From: Vicinamibacteria bacterium
GTDB taxonomy: Bacteria; Acidobacteriota; Vicinamibacteria; Marinacidobacterales; Marinacidobacteraceae
Direction: 5' to 3'
Assembly (NCBI GenBank): GCA_963668695.2
Contig: CAXXLQ010000004.1
Span: forward strand, 2,176,001 to 2,240,000
DNA: 64,000 nt
Part shown: positions 10,134 through 19,875 of the stretch, piece after piece
Numbering within the stretch: position 1 is the first letter of the stretch
Layout: every line of letters starts with the position of its first letter
Position numbers and translations under genes: made by a program
The notes under the pieces: model-generated
Databases searched by the model: none
Told to the model about the DNA's origin: nothing
Seen by the model: the letters and a program-made list of their open reading frames with translations, nothing else

Positions 10134-11867
10134 ATGAATCTGACGCTCAGGAACCCCGAGCGCCTCCGGATTCCGGCGGCGCTGCTGCCGGCGCTGCTGC
10201 TCCTCGCGCCGCTCTCCGCGAGCGCCGAGAGCGCCGCGATTCGCGCCCGTCAGGGCATGGTGGTGTCGCAGAGCGCGATCGCCTCCGAGGTCGGCGCCGC
10301 GGTGCTGCGCGACGGCGGAAATGCGGTGGACGCCGCCGTGGCGACCGCCTTCGCGCTCGCCGTCACCCATCCCACCGCCGGGAACATCGGCGGCGGCGGG
10401 TTCCTGGTCTGGCGCCCGGCCAGCGGGGAGCCGCTCGCCTACGACTTCCGCGAAAAGGCCCCGGCGGCCGCGACCCCGGACATGTGGCTCGACGAGAACG
10501 GGGAGTACAGCTTCCAGATCCACCACCTGAGCCACAAGGCGGTGGGAGTCCCCGGGACGGTGGCGGGCCTCCGCCTCGCCTGGGAACAGCAGGGCTCGCT
10601 GCCCTGGGAGCGGCTCGTGCGGCCGGCGGTGGACCTCGCGAGCGACGGTTTCCCGATCTCCCACGGCCTCGCCGGCTCGCTCGCGCGGGTGCTCGAACGG
10701 ATGACCCAGCATCCGGCCTCGGTGGCCCAGTTCTCGAAGGACGGCACGCCCTACGAGCCCGGCGAAATCCTCCGCCAGCCCGATCTGGCCGGCAGCCTGG
10801 AGCGGATCCTCGAGAACGGGACCGCCGGTTTCTACGAGGGAGAGACCGCCGGGCTGCTGGTCGAGGAGATGGATGCGGGAGGCGGCCTCATCACCCTCGA
10901 GGACCTGAAGAACTACCAGGCGATGGTCCGGGAGCCGATCCGGGGCGAGTACCGCGGCTACGAGATCATCTCGATGCCGCCCCCGAGTTCGGGCGGCACG
11001 GCGATGGTCCAGATGCTGAACATCCTGGAAGGATTCGACGTCGCCGCGAACGGGTTCGGATCGGCCGCCAACATCCACCTGATGGCCGAAGCCATGCGCC
11101 GGGCCTACGCGGACCGCGCGCTGCACCTGGGCGATCCTGACTTCAACCCCGCGATCCCCATCTCCCGGCTGACCTCGAAGGACTACGCGGAGGAGCTGCG
11201 GGGCACGATCGACGAGGAACGGGCTTCCGTTTCCTCACCGTCCAGTTTCGAGTGGACCACCGAGAGCAACGAGACGACCCATTTCTCGGTGGTGGACAAG
11301 GACCGCAACGCCGTGTCCCTCACCTACACCCTGGAGTTCGGCTTCGGCTCGGGGATCGTGGTGCCGGGGGCCGGCTTCTTGCTGAACAACGAGATGGGGG
11401 ACTTCAACGGGGCGCCGGGCCTGACGAACGAGCGCGGCCTGATCGGCACGGATCCGAACCTCGCGGAGCCGAACAAGCGGATGCTCTCCAGCATGAGCCC
11501 GACGATCGTCGCGAAGGACGGGGAGCTGTTCATGGTCACCGGCACCCCGGGCGGACGGACGATCATCAATACCGTGATGCAGACCATCCTGAACGTGGTG
11601 GACCACGGCATGAACGCCCAGGAAGCGGTGGACGCCGGCCGGGTGCACCACCAGTGGCTCCCCGACCGGATCAACTACGAAAAGCAGATGTTCTCGCCCG
11701 ACACCCTTTCCATCCTGGAGGCCTACGGCCACCAGGTGAACGAGATCGGGGCCCAGGGCGCCGCCGAGGTGATCGTCAACCTCGTCGAGGAGGGCGTCCT
11801 TGAGGGTGGCGTGGACCAGCGCCGGGCTGACGGCGGAATCGCCATCCACGACGAGAACCCCCAGTAG
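10134..11867 (+). CDS. ggt: Gamma-glutamyltransferase
   Basis: GGNAVDAAVATAFAL, NIGGGGF, PPPSSGG, catalytic ETTHFSVVD, LNNEMGDF, RMLSSMSPT and GTPGG motifs. Confidence 0.96.
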   Translation: MNLTLRNPERLRIPAALLPALLLLAPLSASAESAAIRARQGMVVSQSAIASEVGAAVLRDGGNAVDAAVATAFALAVTHPTAGNIGGGGFLVWRPASGEPLAYDFREKAPAAATPDMWLDENGEYSFQIHHLSHKAVGVPGTVAGLRLAWEQQGSLPWERLVRPAVDLASDGFPISHGLAGSLARVLERMTQHPASVAQFSKDGTPYEPGEILRQPDLAGSLERILENGTAGFYEGETAGLLVEEMDAGGGLITLEDLKNYQAMVREPIRGEYRGYEIISMPPPSSGGTAMVQMLNILEGFDVAANGFGSAANIHLMAEAMRRAYADRALHLGDPDFNPAIPISRLTSKDYAEELRGTIDEERASVSSPSSFEWTTESNETTHFSVVDKDRNAVSLTYTLEFGFGSGIVVPGAGFLLNNEMGDFNGAPGLTNERGLIGTDPNLAEPNKRMLSSMSPTIVAKDGELFMVTGTPGGRTIINTVMQTILNVVDHGMNAQEAVDAGRVHHQWLPDRINYEKQMFSPDTLSILEAYGHQVNEIGAQGAAEVIVNLVEEGVLEGGVDQRRADGGIAIHDENPQ

Positions 11868-11913
11868 AACCCCCAGTAGAACCCCCAGTAGAACCCCCAG
11901 TAGAACCCCCGTT
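11854..11913 (+). repeat. 12-bp tandem repeat (AGAACCCCCAGT x ~5) spanning the ggt stop codon
   Basis: Four exact copies plus AGAACCCCCGTT. Confidence 0.9.
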
Positions 11914-11955
11914 AGAACTGAACCTTCCGGCCGCAGCCGGAGAGGAGGTCGCAGC

Positions 11956-12531
11956 ATGTCTCGATCGCACCCGCAGCTCGCGCCTCTCGCGCTCATCGCC
12001 GCTCTCGGCGGTGCGGGCGTCGCCGCGTCCCAGGAAGCGGATTTCTCCGGGGTCTACAACTTCGTGAAGATCTCCGACCAGCTCTCCACCTCCGGCCAGA
12101 TCTCCCTGGACGACATCGAGGCGGTGGACTCCGCGGGCTTCGACGTGGTGGTGAACCTCGCCCCCGCCCGCTGGGAGCGCAACTTCGAGGAGGGCTTCCG
12201 GGTCACCCAGGCCGGGATGACCTATATCCAGATCCCGGTGGACTGGGCGAACCCGGCGCTCCGGGATCTCGAGCTCTTCTTCGACGTGATGGAGGCGAAC
12301 GAGGACCGGGACGTGTACGTCCACTGCTTCGCCAACATGCGCGTCTCGGTCTTCGTGTACCTCTACCGGACGCTCCGCAAGGGAGTTTCCGAGGCCGAGG
12401 CCTGGCAGGACGTGCTGAAGGTCTGGGATCCGCCAAACAACCCCGAGACCCCCCAGTGGCCCCGCTTCATCACGGCCGCGAAGGAGCGGTTCGGAAGGGG
12501 GGCATCTGATCCGGGTAGCGATACGAAGTGA
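11956..12531 (+). CDS. Secreted protein-tyrosine-phosphatase-fold protein (DUF442/Blh-like)
   Basis: GAGGAGG RBS, signal peptide, LSTSGQI, VVNLAP, YIQIPVDW and HCFANMR (Cx5R-like) motifs. The last ~15 codons are encoded by repeat B. Confidence 0.8.
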   Translation: MSRSHPQLAPLALIAALGGAGVAASQEADFSGVYNFVKISDQLSTSGQISLDDIEAVDSAGFDVVVNLAPARWERNFEEGFRVTQAGMTYIQIPVDWANPALRDLELFFDVMEANEDRDVYVHCFANMRVSVFVYLYRTLRKGVSEAEAWQDVLKVWDPPNNPETPQWPRFITAAKERFGRGASDPGSDTK

Positions 12532-13510
12532 GGTTGTGTGGGGGGTGAACCCCCCTTCCGAACCGCCCCGGCGCTTCGCGCCGGCTCGACCCACCAAGCG
12601 GTTTCCGGATGGGGCCAGACAGAAGATTTGGTCCGGGTCTTCTTGCCCGGGCGAGTCCGGCCCCCTCCAGCAACAGCCCGGCGCTTCGCGCCGGCAATCG
12701 AAACTCCCTTGCGCGCCTTCGGCGCGCTGCGGCGAGTTCCGATTGGTCCTTACCGTCTTGTGAAAGGGGGTCACCCCCTTTCACACTTTCCCCCGAAATC
12801 GCTCGCAGCGAACCAGAGGTTCGCTGCCATTCGTTTGTTGCGCGGTCGGCAGTACGCCGCCGGTTCTGATGTGAGGGCTGCGGACCCGCGTATCGCCGAG
12901 GGTGAAGAAGCGCGGGGACGGCTTGGAGCGCAGACCTCCGGTCGGCACCCCGGCCCGCAGGGCCGCGAACCGCGTATTGCCGATCCACGTGAAGCGCGCG
13001 CGACAGCGGGCCCCCACCGGGAGAACTGGCCACCGGTCTCCGACCGGCATCGCGCGGGAGCGCGAAACCTGCGCCGACGACGCTGCGCTACGCCAATGTG
13101 AGGGCCGCGAAGCCGCGTACCGCTGACCTGCATGGAGTGCGGCCGGGGTAGGGAACGCCGGTGTTCACACCGGCACAAGTCCGGAGCGGTCCGGGGACGG
13201 GGGCACTCCTCCCGACGAATCCAATCGAGACAGGTTAGGACGGGTGAGCCCCCGTCCCCGAACCGCCCGGCGCTTCGCGCCGGCAATCGAAACTCCCTTG
13301 CGCGCCTTCGGCGCGCGGCGGCGAGTTCCGATTGGTCCTTACTGATTGTGGAAGGGGGGCGGTGGCCCCCCTTTCACACTTTCCCCCCGGTCAGGCGGGC
13401 AGCGAACAGAGTTCGCTGCCATCAGTCTTTCCCCGGTGGGCTCTGCGCCACGAGATCGCGTACCGCCAACCCGCGCAGTGGTCCGGGAGGCCAGGGAACG
13501 CCCGCCACTG
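12484..13510 (+). repeat. Family B composite repeat cluster (three variable-loop units plus C/D/E/G/H modules)
   Basis: Stem-loop units at ~12484, 12597 and 13184. The AATCGAAACTCCC...GAGTTCCGATT, TGTGAAAGGGG...CCCCTTTCACA and GCAGCGAAC...GTTCGCTGC hairpins each occur twice. Confidence 0.85.
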
Positions 13511-13557
13511 GCACAATCCCCACGATCACACCGGAAACCCGGTGGAGGGAGCACACC

Positions 13558-15309
13558 ATGCGCGACCGCAGGGCAGACAGCAGGGCACTGGCCGCGGCTC
13601 GGCCGCTCGCCATCATCGCGGCGCTCGCCGCGTTCGGTTGTGGGGGGCCCGGAGGCGCCCAGTTCTCGGTGACGTTCGGCGCGGACCGGAGTCCCGAGCC
13701 CCTGGACGGCCGGCTGGTCCTCATGCTCTCCCAGGACGACGCGGCGGAGCCGCGCTTCCAGATCGTGGACGGCCCGGACAGCCAGTTGGCGTTCGGGGTG
13801 GACGTCGAGGGGTGGGCGCCGGGCGAGCCGGTCACAGTGGACGGCGGGGCTTTCGGCTACCCGATCCGCAGCCTGGAGGATGTCCCGGCCGGGGAGTACC
13901 GGGTTCAGGCGCTGCTGAACCGCTATCAGACCTACCAGCGCGCCGACGGCCACACCGTCAAGCTTCCGCCCGACCGGGGTGAGGGACAGCAGTGGAACCG
14001 CAAGCCCGGGAACCTGCTCTCCACCCCGCAGACGGTCTCGCTGGGGCCGGGAGGACCGGCCCGCATCGACATCGTGCTCGACCAGGAGATCCCCCCGCTG
14101 GCGGTGCCGCCCGAGTCGGAATACGTGAAGCACGTGAAGATCCAGAGCGAGCTCCTCACCGACTTCTGGGGGACTCCCACCGAACTCGGGGCCTGGGTGC
14201 TCCTTCCGCACGGCTTCGACGAGCATCCGGAGGCGCGCTATCCGATCGCCATCAACCACGGCCATTTCCCCTACACCTTCGGCAACTGGCGGGAGGAGCC
14301 CCCGGACCCCGACCTGGAGTGCGAGTACTCCGCCCGGTTCGACCTCCCCTGTTACAACCGGATCCAGCAGGAACACGCGTGGCAGCTCCATCAGGACTGG
14401 ACCGGCGACGACTTCCCCCGGATGCTGGTGGTGGAGATCCAGCACGCCAATCCGTTCTACGACGATTCCTACGCGGTGAACTCCGAAAACCTCGGCCCCT
14501 ACGGGGACGCCATCACCTACGAGCTCATTCCCGAGATCGAACGCCGGTTCCGCGGGATCGGGGAGGGGTGGGCGCGCTTCCTCTACGGCGGCTCCACCGG
14601 GGGCTGGGAGGCCATGGCCGCGCAGGTGCTCTATCCCGAGGACTACAACGGGGCGTGGATCGCCTGTCCGGACCCCATCGACTTCCGGGCGTTCACCGTG
14701 GTCAACCTCTACGAGGACGAAAACGCCTACACCCTCGACAGCGCGTTCAAGCGGACCCCCAGACCCGGGCGGCGGGACGGACGGGGACACGTCGCGGCGA
14801 CGCTCGCGGAGATGAACCACCGGGAGCTGGTGCTGGGAACCCGCACCCGGTCGGGGCAGCAGTGGGACGTGTGGGAAGCGGTCTACTCGCCGGTCGGCGA
14901 CGACGGGTATCCCCGCCGCATCTGGGACAAGGTCACCGGCGAGATCGACCCGGAGGTGGCCGCCTACTGGCGGGAGAACTACGACCTCAGCTACATCCTG
15001 CGCCGCGACTGGGAGACCCTGGGGCCCCGGGTCGCCGGCAAGCTGCACATCTACGTGGGGGACATGGACAACTACTACCTGAACAACGCGGTGAAGCTCA
15101 CCGAGGACTTCCTCGAGGCCACCTCGGATCCCCCTTACGGCGGGGAAGTGGACTACGGGGACGGCGACGAGCACTGCTGGAACGGCGACCACACCCGCGG
15201 CAACGGGTTGTCCCGCCTCCGCTACATCCAGATGTTCGCCCCGCGCATCGTGGAGCGCATCCGGCGAAGCGCCCCCCCGGGCGCCGATACCTCAAGCTGG
15301 CGGTACTGA
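13558..15309 (+). CDS. Alpha/beta-hydrolase (esterase-like) lipoprotein
   Basis: GGAGG RBS, lipobox AFGC, nucleophile elbow GGSTGGWE, VGDMDNYY and EHCW motifs. Confidence 0.85.
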   Translation: MRDRRADSRALAAARPLAIIAALAAFGCGGPGGAQFSVTFGADRSPEPLDGRLVLMLSQDDAAEPRFQIVDGPDSQLAFGVDVEGWAPGEPVTVDGGAFGYPIRSLEDVPAGEYRVQALLNRYQTYQRADGHTVKLPPDRGEGQQWNRKPGNLLSTPQTVSLGPGGPARIDIVLDQEIPPLAVPPESEYVKHVKIQSELLTDFWGTPTELGAWVLLPHGFDEHPEARYPIAINHGHFPYTFGNWREEPPDPDLECEYSARFDLPCYNRIQQEHAWQLHQDWTGDDFPRMLVVEIQHANPFYDDSYAVNSENLGPYGDAITYELIPEIERRFRGIGEGWARFLYGGSTGGWEAMAAQVLYPEDYNGAWIACPDPIDFRAFTVVNLYEDENAYTLDSAFKRTPRPGRRDGRGHVAATLAEMNHRELVLGTRTRSGQQWDVWEAVYSPVGDDGYPRRIWDKVTGEIDPEVAAYWRENYDLSYILRRDWETLGPRVAGKLHIYVGDMDNYYLNNAVKLTEDFLEATSDPPYGGEVDYGDGDEHCWNGDHTRGNGLSRLRYIQMFAPRIVERIRRSAPPGADTSSWRY

Positions 15310-15310
15310 C

Positions 15311-15790
15311 GTCGAGCGGTTCGGAGGGGGGCGCCGGACCGGAACGGAGGCGGGGACTCAGCCCTGCTCAGACGGGTGCGCCCCCCCCCGAACCGCTCGG
15401 CGCTTCGCGCCGCGAATCGAAACTCCCTCGCGCGCTGGTGCGCGCTTCGGCGAGTCCCGATTCGTCGTTACCTTCTGGTGAAAGGGGGGCGGTGGCCCCC
15501 CTTTCACACTTTCCCCCCGGTCACGCGGGCAGCGAACGGAGTTCGCTGCCGTTGGTTTTCTTGCTCGGTGCGCGCTGCACCGTGAATCCTGTCCACAGCC
15601 GGCCCCTACACCCTGCTTCTCAGCGAACCGCAACTCCCTTGCGCGCGGGAGCGCCGGTCTTCATTCAGACCGGCATCGCTGCCCGGAGGGCAGCGAGACG
15701 CTGAAACCGCCGCGCCTGGATGGCACGGCGTTGATCAGTTCCCGCGGCGGCGAGTTCCGATTCGTTGTTGCCTTCTGGTGAAAGAGGCCA
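15311..15790 (+). repeat. Family B composite repeat; a partial second C/D module is cut off at ~15786
   Basis: Begins 2 nt after the stop codon with GTCGAGCGGTTCGGAGGGGGG, then loop, C, D, E and G modules. Confidence 0.85.
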
Positions 15791-15820
15791 TGTAGATGAG
15801 GAATCAGGCCCTCTGGCCGC

Positions 15821-17500
15821 TCAGGATCCTGGTCGGGCTCTCACCATCATGAGCGCCTCAAACGCGTCCACTTTGCCATACCCCCAGAGTGGGTTCGGAG
15901 TCGGCCCCGTGAACTCGTCGCTCCGGGCCGACTCTTGCAAGATCCTCTTGACCGAGAGAGCGTCCAACGTCGGGTCGACCTCGAGCATCAGGGCGATGAT
16001 GCCGGTCACGACCGGCGCCGCGGCGCTCACGGCCCCCGCCATTCCATACAGCCCGCCGCCGTCCTCGATCAGCAAATGCGGGTAGGTGGCCCAATCCGAC
16101 CGTGGGGCGTATGCCGTAACGATCCTGTCCCCGGGGGCGGAGATGTCCACGCCGATCCGCCCGTCAACCGTAGGTCCAACGCTGCTGCCGGCCCAAAGCT
16201 CGCCAACGTTCCCTTCACCCCTCAGCTCCTGGCCTACACCATCAATGTTCGTCCACTTTGTGCGAATGACGTAGCTGTTGGGCGCCACATTGTGAAACGC
16301 GGTCGCTCCGTCCCAGATGCTGCCCGGCGTCACGAAATTCAGGAATCGGCCTGACCCGTTGAGCGAGGCGTCGAAGTGGATGCTGGAACCGGTGGAGCTA
16401 GCTGCGTGATCCAATCTCAGAATGTAATCGCCGGCTCCAGCGGCGCTGTCGAAATCGATAAGAAGCAGCCGCTTGTCGTTCGCCGCCCCGTAGAAGTCAT
16501 CTCCCCCGCGATCGTGGTACACACGAACACCGGTGCCTTCCGCGTAGGACTGCGAGGCCGGGAAAGGACCGAGCATCCCCATCGGAGTATCGATCGACAC
16601 GGTAAACGCCTCGTTCCGGTCGTACCACATCTCGAGACGACCGTCGCCGGTGTCGAGCGCGAATCGCAGGTCAAGAGTCCCGCCGTTGGGCACGTCTCCC
16701 GCTGCGCGGATTTGCGTTTGCCACCCATCGTCTCCGGTTCCGGTGACGAACACGACGCCGGGGTGATCGGGACCGACGGTCTCGTCGATCTTTCGACTGA
16801 ATGCGCTCGTGCCGTCGGTCGGTCCGCCGATCGATCCGAGATTGAGGAGCATCACCACCGGCATCGACAGTTCCCGCGCCTTGTCGACCACGAAATCGAT
16901 CGCGACGAATAGATCCGAGTCGAAGTCGGGCTCGGCCGGCTCATCTCCATGCGCCGGGGCGCCGCCCGTGACCTTCACCGAGATGATGGTGGCGTTCGTC
17001 GCCACGCCTCGATACTTCCGGTCGGGAAGGTTCCGCCCGTTCCCGGCGGCAATGCCAGTGGTTGAGGTCCCATGGCCGACGGCATCCCGTGTCGGCAGTC
17101 TGGTGCCGGAAAAGAGCGCCTGATTGATCTGCTCCTCGGTGTAAATGGTGCCCAGCCCGTAGGGGTTGCCCGGGGCGAAGGCGCCGGAATCGTCGGAGAA
17201 ATCGAAGATGTAGGCGATCCGCGTGCTGCCATCGCTGTTCCGGAAGTCGTTGCTCTCCCAGTCGATGCCGCGGTCCAAGATCGCAACGATGACGCCCTCC
17301 CCAGACACGCCCAACGCTTCGACGGCCTTGTCGACTCCCGTTTCAATGCGGAATGACACGGCAGGTGGTTCTGGCTCTGGCGGCGGAGATGGAGGCGGCG
17401 CCGGCACCGGAGTGACGGGCGGCGAAGCGGCCGGAATGGGACCCCCATCGCCGCCGCAGGAGGCGAAGATGAGCAGGGAGAAAAGGACCAGGCGACGCAT
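15821..17500 (-). CDS. S8 (subtilase, Csp-like) serine peptidase lipoprotein
   Basis: Lipobox FASC and Pro-rich linker. Triad motifs ILDRGID, GHGTSTTGIAAG and GAVSAAAPVVTG; C-terminal NPLWGYGKVD. Confidence 0.9.
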   Translation of the reverse strand: MRRLVLFSLLIFASCGGDGGPIPAASPPVTPVPAPPPSPPPEPEPPAVSFRIETGVDKAVEALGVSGEGVIVAILDRGIDWESNDFRNSDGSTRIAYIFDFSDDSGAFAPGNPYGLGTIYTEEQINQALFSGTRLPTRDAVGHGTSTTGIAAGNGRNLPDRKYRGVATNATIISVKVTGGAPAHGDEPAEPDFDSDLFVAIDFVVDKARELSMPVVMLLNLGSIGGPTDGTSAFSRKIDETVGPDHPGVVFVTGTGDDGWQTQIRAAGDVPNGGTLDLRFALDTGDGRLEMWYDRNEAFTVSIDTPMGMLGPFPASQSYAEGTGVRVYHDRGGDDFYGAANDKRLLLIDFDSAAGAGDYILRLDHAASSTGSSIHFDASLNGSGRFLNFVTPGSIWDGATAFHNVAPNSYVIRTKWTNIDGVGQELRGEGNVGELWAGSSVGPTVDGRIGVDISAPGDRIVTAYAPRSDWATYPHLLIEDGGGLYGMAGAVSAAAPVVTGIIALMLEVDPTLDALSVKRILQESARSDEFTGPTPNPLWGYGKVDAFEALMMVRARPGS

Positions 17501-17584
17501 CTCAACAACCCTACACGCGGCGGTTGACAGCATGGTTTGCCTTGATTTCCCATGACCGCTGTTTCTTCAGGTATGGAATCCCCT

Positions 17585-17740
17585 TTGTGAAAGGGCGCGG
17601 TGGCCCCCCTTTCACACTTTCCCCCCGGTCACGCGGGCAGCGAACGGAGTTCGCTGCCGTCAGTCTTTCCTCGGTCGGCAATGCGCCACCTACAAGACGT
17701 GACGCGCACGCCCGGGAACGCCGGTGTTCACACCGGCACC
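17585..17740 (+). repeat. Family B D/E/G modules (continuation of the element interrupted at ~15786)
   Basis: TGTGAAAGGG...CCCCTTTCACACTTTCCCC, GGCAGCGAACGGAGTTCGCTGCC and GGAACGCCGGTGTTCACACCGGCA. Confidence 0.8.
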
Positions 17741-17921
17741 CCTGGGCGGAGCCCGGCGAAAGCCGCGTATCGCCGACCCGCGTCACGTTCCCTGGGCTCC
17801 TCCTGCGGGAGGGGGTGCCGAGATGTAACCCTTCCAATGATCAGCGCTACGCGGTCTTCGCCCGCCTGCGGCGGGCGGTGCCGACCCTGGAGGTCGGTGG
17901 TCCCTTTTGCCGGTCTCCCCC

Positions 17922-18869
17922 CTACACCCCGCTTCTCAGCGTCCGCTCCGCCTCCGACAGCTCCGAAAGGTCCGGCACCACCAGCGTGCCGCAGCCCTCC
18001 GGCGTAAAGACCTCCAGCAGCAGGCTGTCCGGCGTCCCCGCCGGCAACAGGTGGGCGCGCGCGACACCCCCCTGCAGTGCTTTCTGGATGCACAGGGCCT
18101 TGGGCAGCATCCCGGTGCGGATGGCCCCGGACTCCCGCATCCGCTCGAGGCCCGCGAGGTCGAGGAACGAGATCACGCTCCGCGGATCGCCGGGATCCGC
18201 GAGCAGCCCGGGCGCCTCCCCGAGCACGATCAGCTTCTCCGCGCCGAGCGCCACCGAGAGCGCCGAAGCGACGGTGTCCGCGTTGATGTTCAGCAGCGTC
18301 CCGGCCTCATCCGCCGAGATCGGGCTCACCACCGGCAGCGCGCCGATGCCGAGCAGCCGTTCCAGCAGCCCGCTGTCCACGCGGTCGATGTCCCCGACGT
18401 AGCCGTAGTCCACCGTCTCCTCGGCGGCCCCCTCGCCCACCTTCACCGGGGGCCGGCGATGGGCGCGGATGAGTCCGGCGTCCACCCCGGAGAGACCGAT
18501 CGCCGGGAGCTCGAAGTCGCGGCAGGCAGCCAGGATGCGAGTGTTGATCTCCCCGTTCAGCACCATCGTGGTGACCCGGAGCGCCTCGGAGTCGGTGACC
18601 CGGCGCCCGTCCACGAAGCGAGAGCGCACCCCCAGCTTCCGCGCCAGCTCGGTGGACTGCGGGCCGCCGCCGTGGACCAGCACCACCCGGATGCCGAGTT
18701 TGAAGAGCAGCGCCACCTGCTCTACCAGCCCCTTCACCGCCTCCTCCGCCGCGACCGCGGCGCCCCCGGTCTTGATGACGAACGTCTTCTCACCGAAGCG
18801 CTTCAGGTAGGGCACGGCGTGCTTGAGCGCCCGGACCCGGATCTGCCGCTCGGCGGCTGTCTCGCTCAT
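17922..18869 (-). CDS. argB: Acylglutamate kinase
   Basis: VIKTGG, VHGGGPQ, GRRVTD, NINAD and GMLPK motifs; ATGA overlap with argF'. Confidence 0.93.
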   Translation of the reverse strand: MSETAAERQIRVRALKHAVPYLKRFGEKTFVIKTGGAAVAAEEAVKGLVEQVALLFKLGIRVVLVHGGGPQSTELARKLGVRSRFVDGRRVTDSEALRVTTMVLNGEINTRILAACRDFELPAIGLSGVDAGLIRAHRRPPVKVGEGAAEETVDYGYVGDIDRVDSGLLERLLGIGALPVVSPISADEAGTLLNINADTVASALSVALGAEKLIVLGEAPGLLADPGDPRSVISFLDLAGLERMRESGAIRTGMLPKALCIQKALQGGVARAHLLPAGTPDSLLLEVFTPEGCGTLVVPDLSELSEAERTLRSGV

Positions 18870-19864
18870 GCCAGCATCCGATGGAGCGCCGCCATCTGGG
18901 CCCACATGCGGTTCTCCGCCTGGCGGACCACCGCGCTCCGCGGTCCGTCGAGGACCTCGCCCCGGACCACGACTCCCCGCCGGACCGGCAGGCAGTGCAT
19001 GAACCGGCAGTCGTTCTGCGCGCCGCCGAACCAGCTCTCGTCCACCGTCCAGCCGCCGAGTCCGGCCCGCAGCGCCAGGTCAGCCGCGGGATCCCCGTAG
19101 TGCCGCGTCGAGGCCCACGACTTCGCGTACAGCACGTGGGCGCCCGACATCGCCTCGGCGGGATCGTCGCTCTCCCGCACCGATCCCCCCGACCCCGCAG
19201 CGAGCCGCCCCGCCTGCGCCATCACGCTCTCCGGCAACTCGTACCCCTCCGGCCGGAGCACGGTGACCTCCATCCCCCGCATCGCCGCCATCCGCAGCGT
19301 GTCCAAAGCCACCGCGAGGGGCAGGGGGTGCGTGTGTTTGGCCCACGACAACACGAACCGGCCGCCCTCGGCCGGAACCCCCAGATCGTCCAGAGTCCGC
19401 CAGTCGGAGATCGCCTGGCAGGGATGGCGGGCCGCCGACTCCATGTTGAGGAACGGCTTCCCGCACAGTCTGCGGATCGTCTCGAACCGCTCGTCGGCGA
19501 GATCCTCGGCGAGGTCGCGCTGCGGGGCGAACATCCGCACCCCGAGCGCGTCGCCGTACGACGCGAGTACCGGCAACGCCTCGGCGATGTTCTCGGCCGT
19601 TTCCCCGTCCATCACCGCGTCCGGGTCGAACTCCAGCTTGTGGATGAACCCGTCCGGAGCGATCACGAACGACCCGCCCCCGAGCCGGGTCATCGCCGCC
19701 TGGAAGGACGCCTGGGTGCGCAAGGAAGGATTCAGGAACAAGAGCGCGAGGACCTTCCCCTCGAGCGCCCGCGGTTCCGGCCGCTCCCGGAGCCGGGCGG
19801 CGAGCGCCACGATCTCGCGGATGCCGGCCGGCCCCAGCTCCTCCAGCTTGTGGACTTCGCGCAT
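18866..19864 (-). CDS. argF: N-acyl-ornithine carbamoyltransferase (ArgF'; N-succinyl specificity predicted)
   Basis: FLNPSLRT, HPCQ, SWAKHTHPLPLAV, YAKSW, HCLPVRR and QAENR are AOTCase/SOTCase signatures. True start is ATG 19864. Confidence 0.9.
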   Translation of the reverse strand: MREVHKLEELGPAGIREIVALAARLRERPEPRALEGKVLALLFLNPSLRTQASFQAAMTRLGGGSFVIAPDGFIHKLEFDPDAVMDGETAENIAEALPVLASYGDALGVRMFAPQRDLAEDLADERFETIRRLCGKPFLNMESAARHPCQAISDWRTLDDLGVPAEGGRFVLSWAKHTHPLPLAVALDTLRMAAMRGMEVTVLRPEGYELPESVMAQAGRLAAGSGGSVRESDDPAEAMSGAHVLYAKSWASTRHYGDPAADLALRAGLGGWTVDESWFGGAQNDCRFMHCLPVRRGVVVRGEVLDGPRSAVVRQAENRMWAQMAALHRMLA

Positions 19865-19875
19865 CGCCGCTTCCC

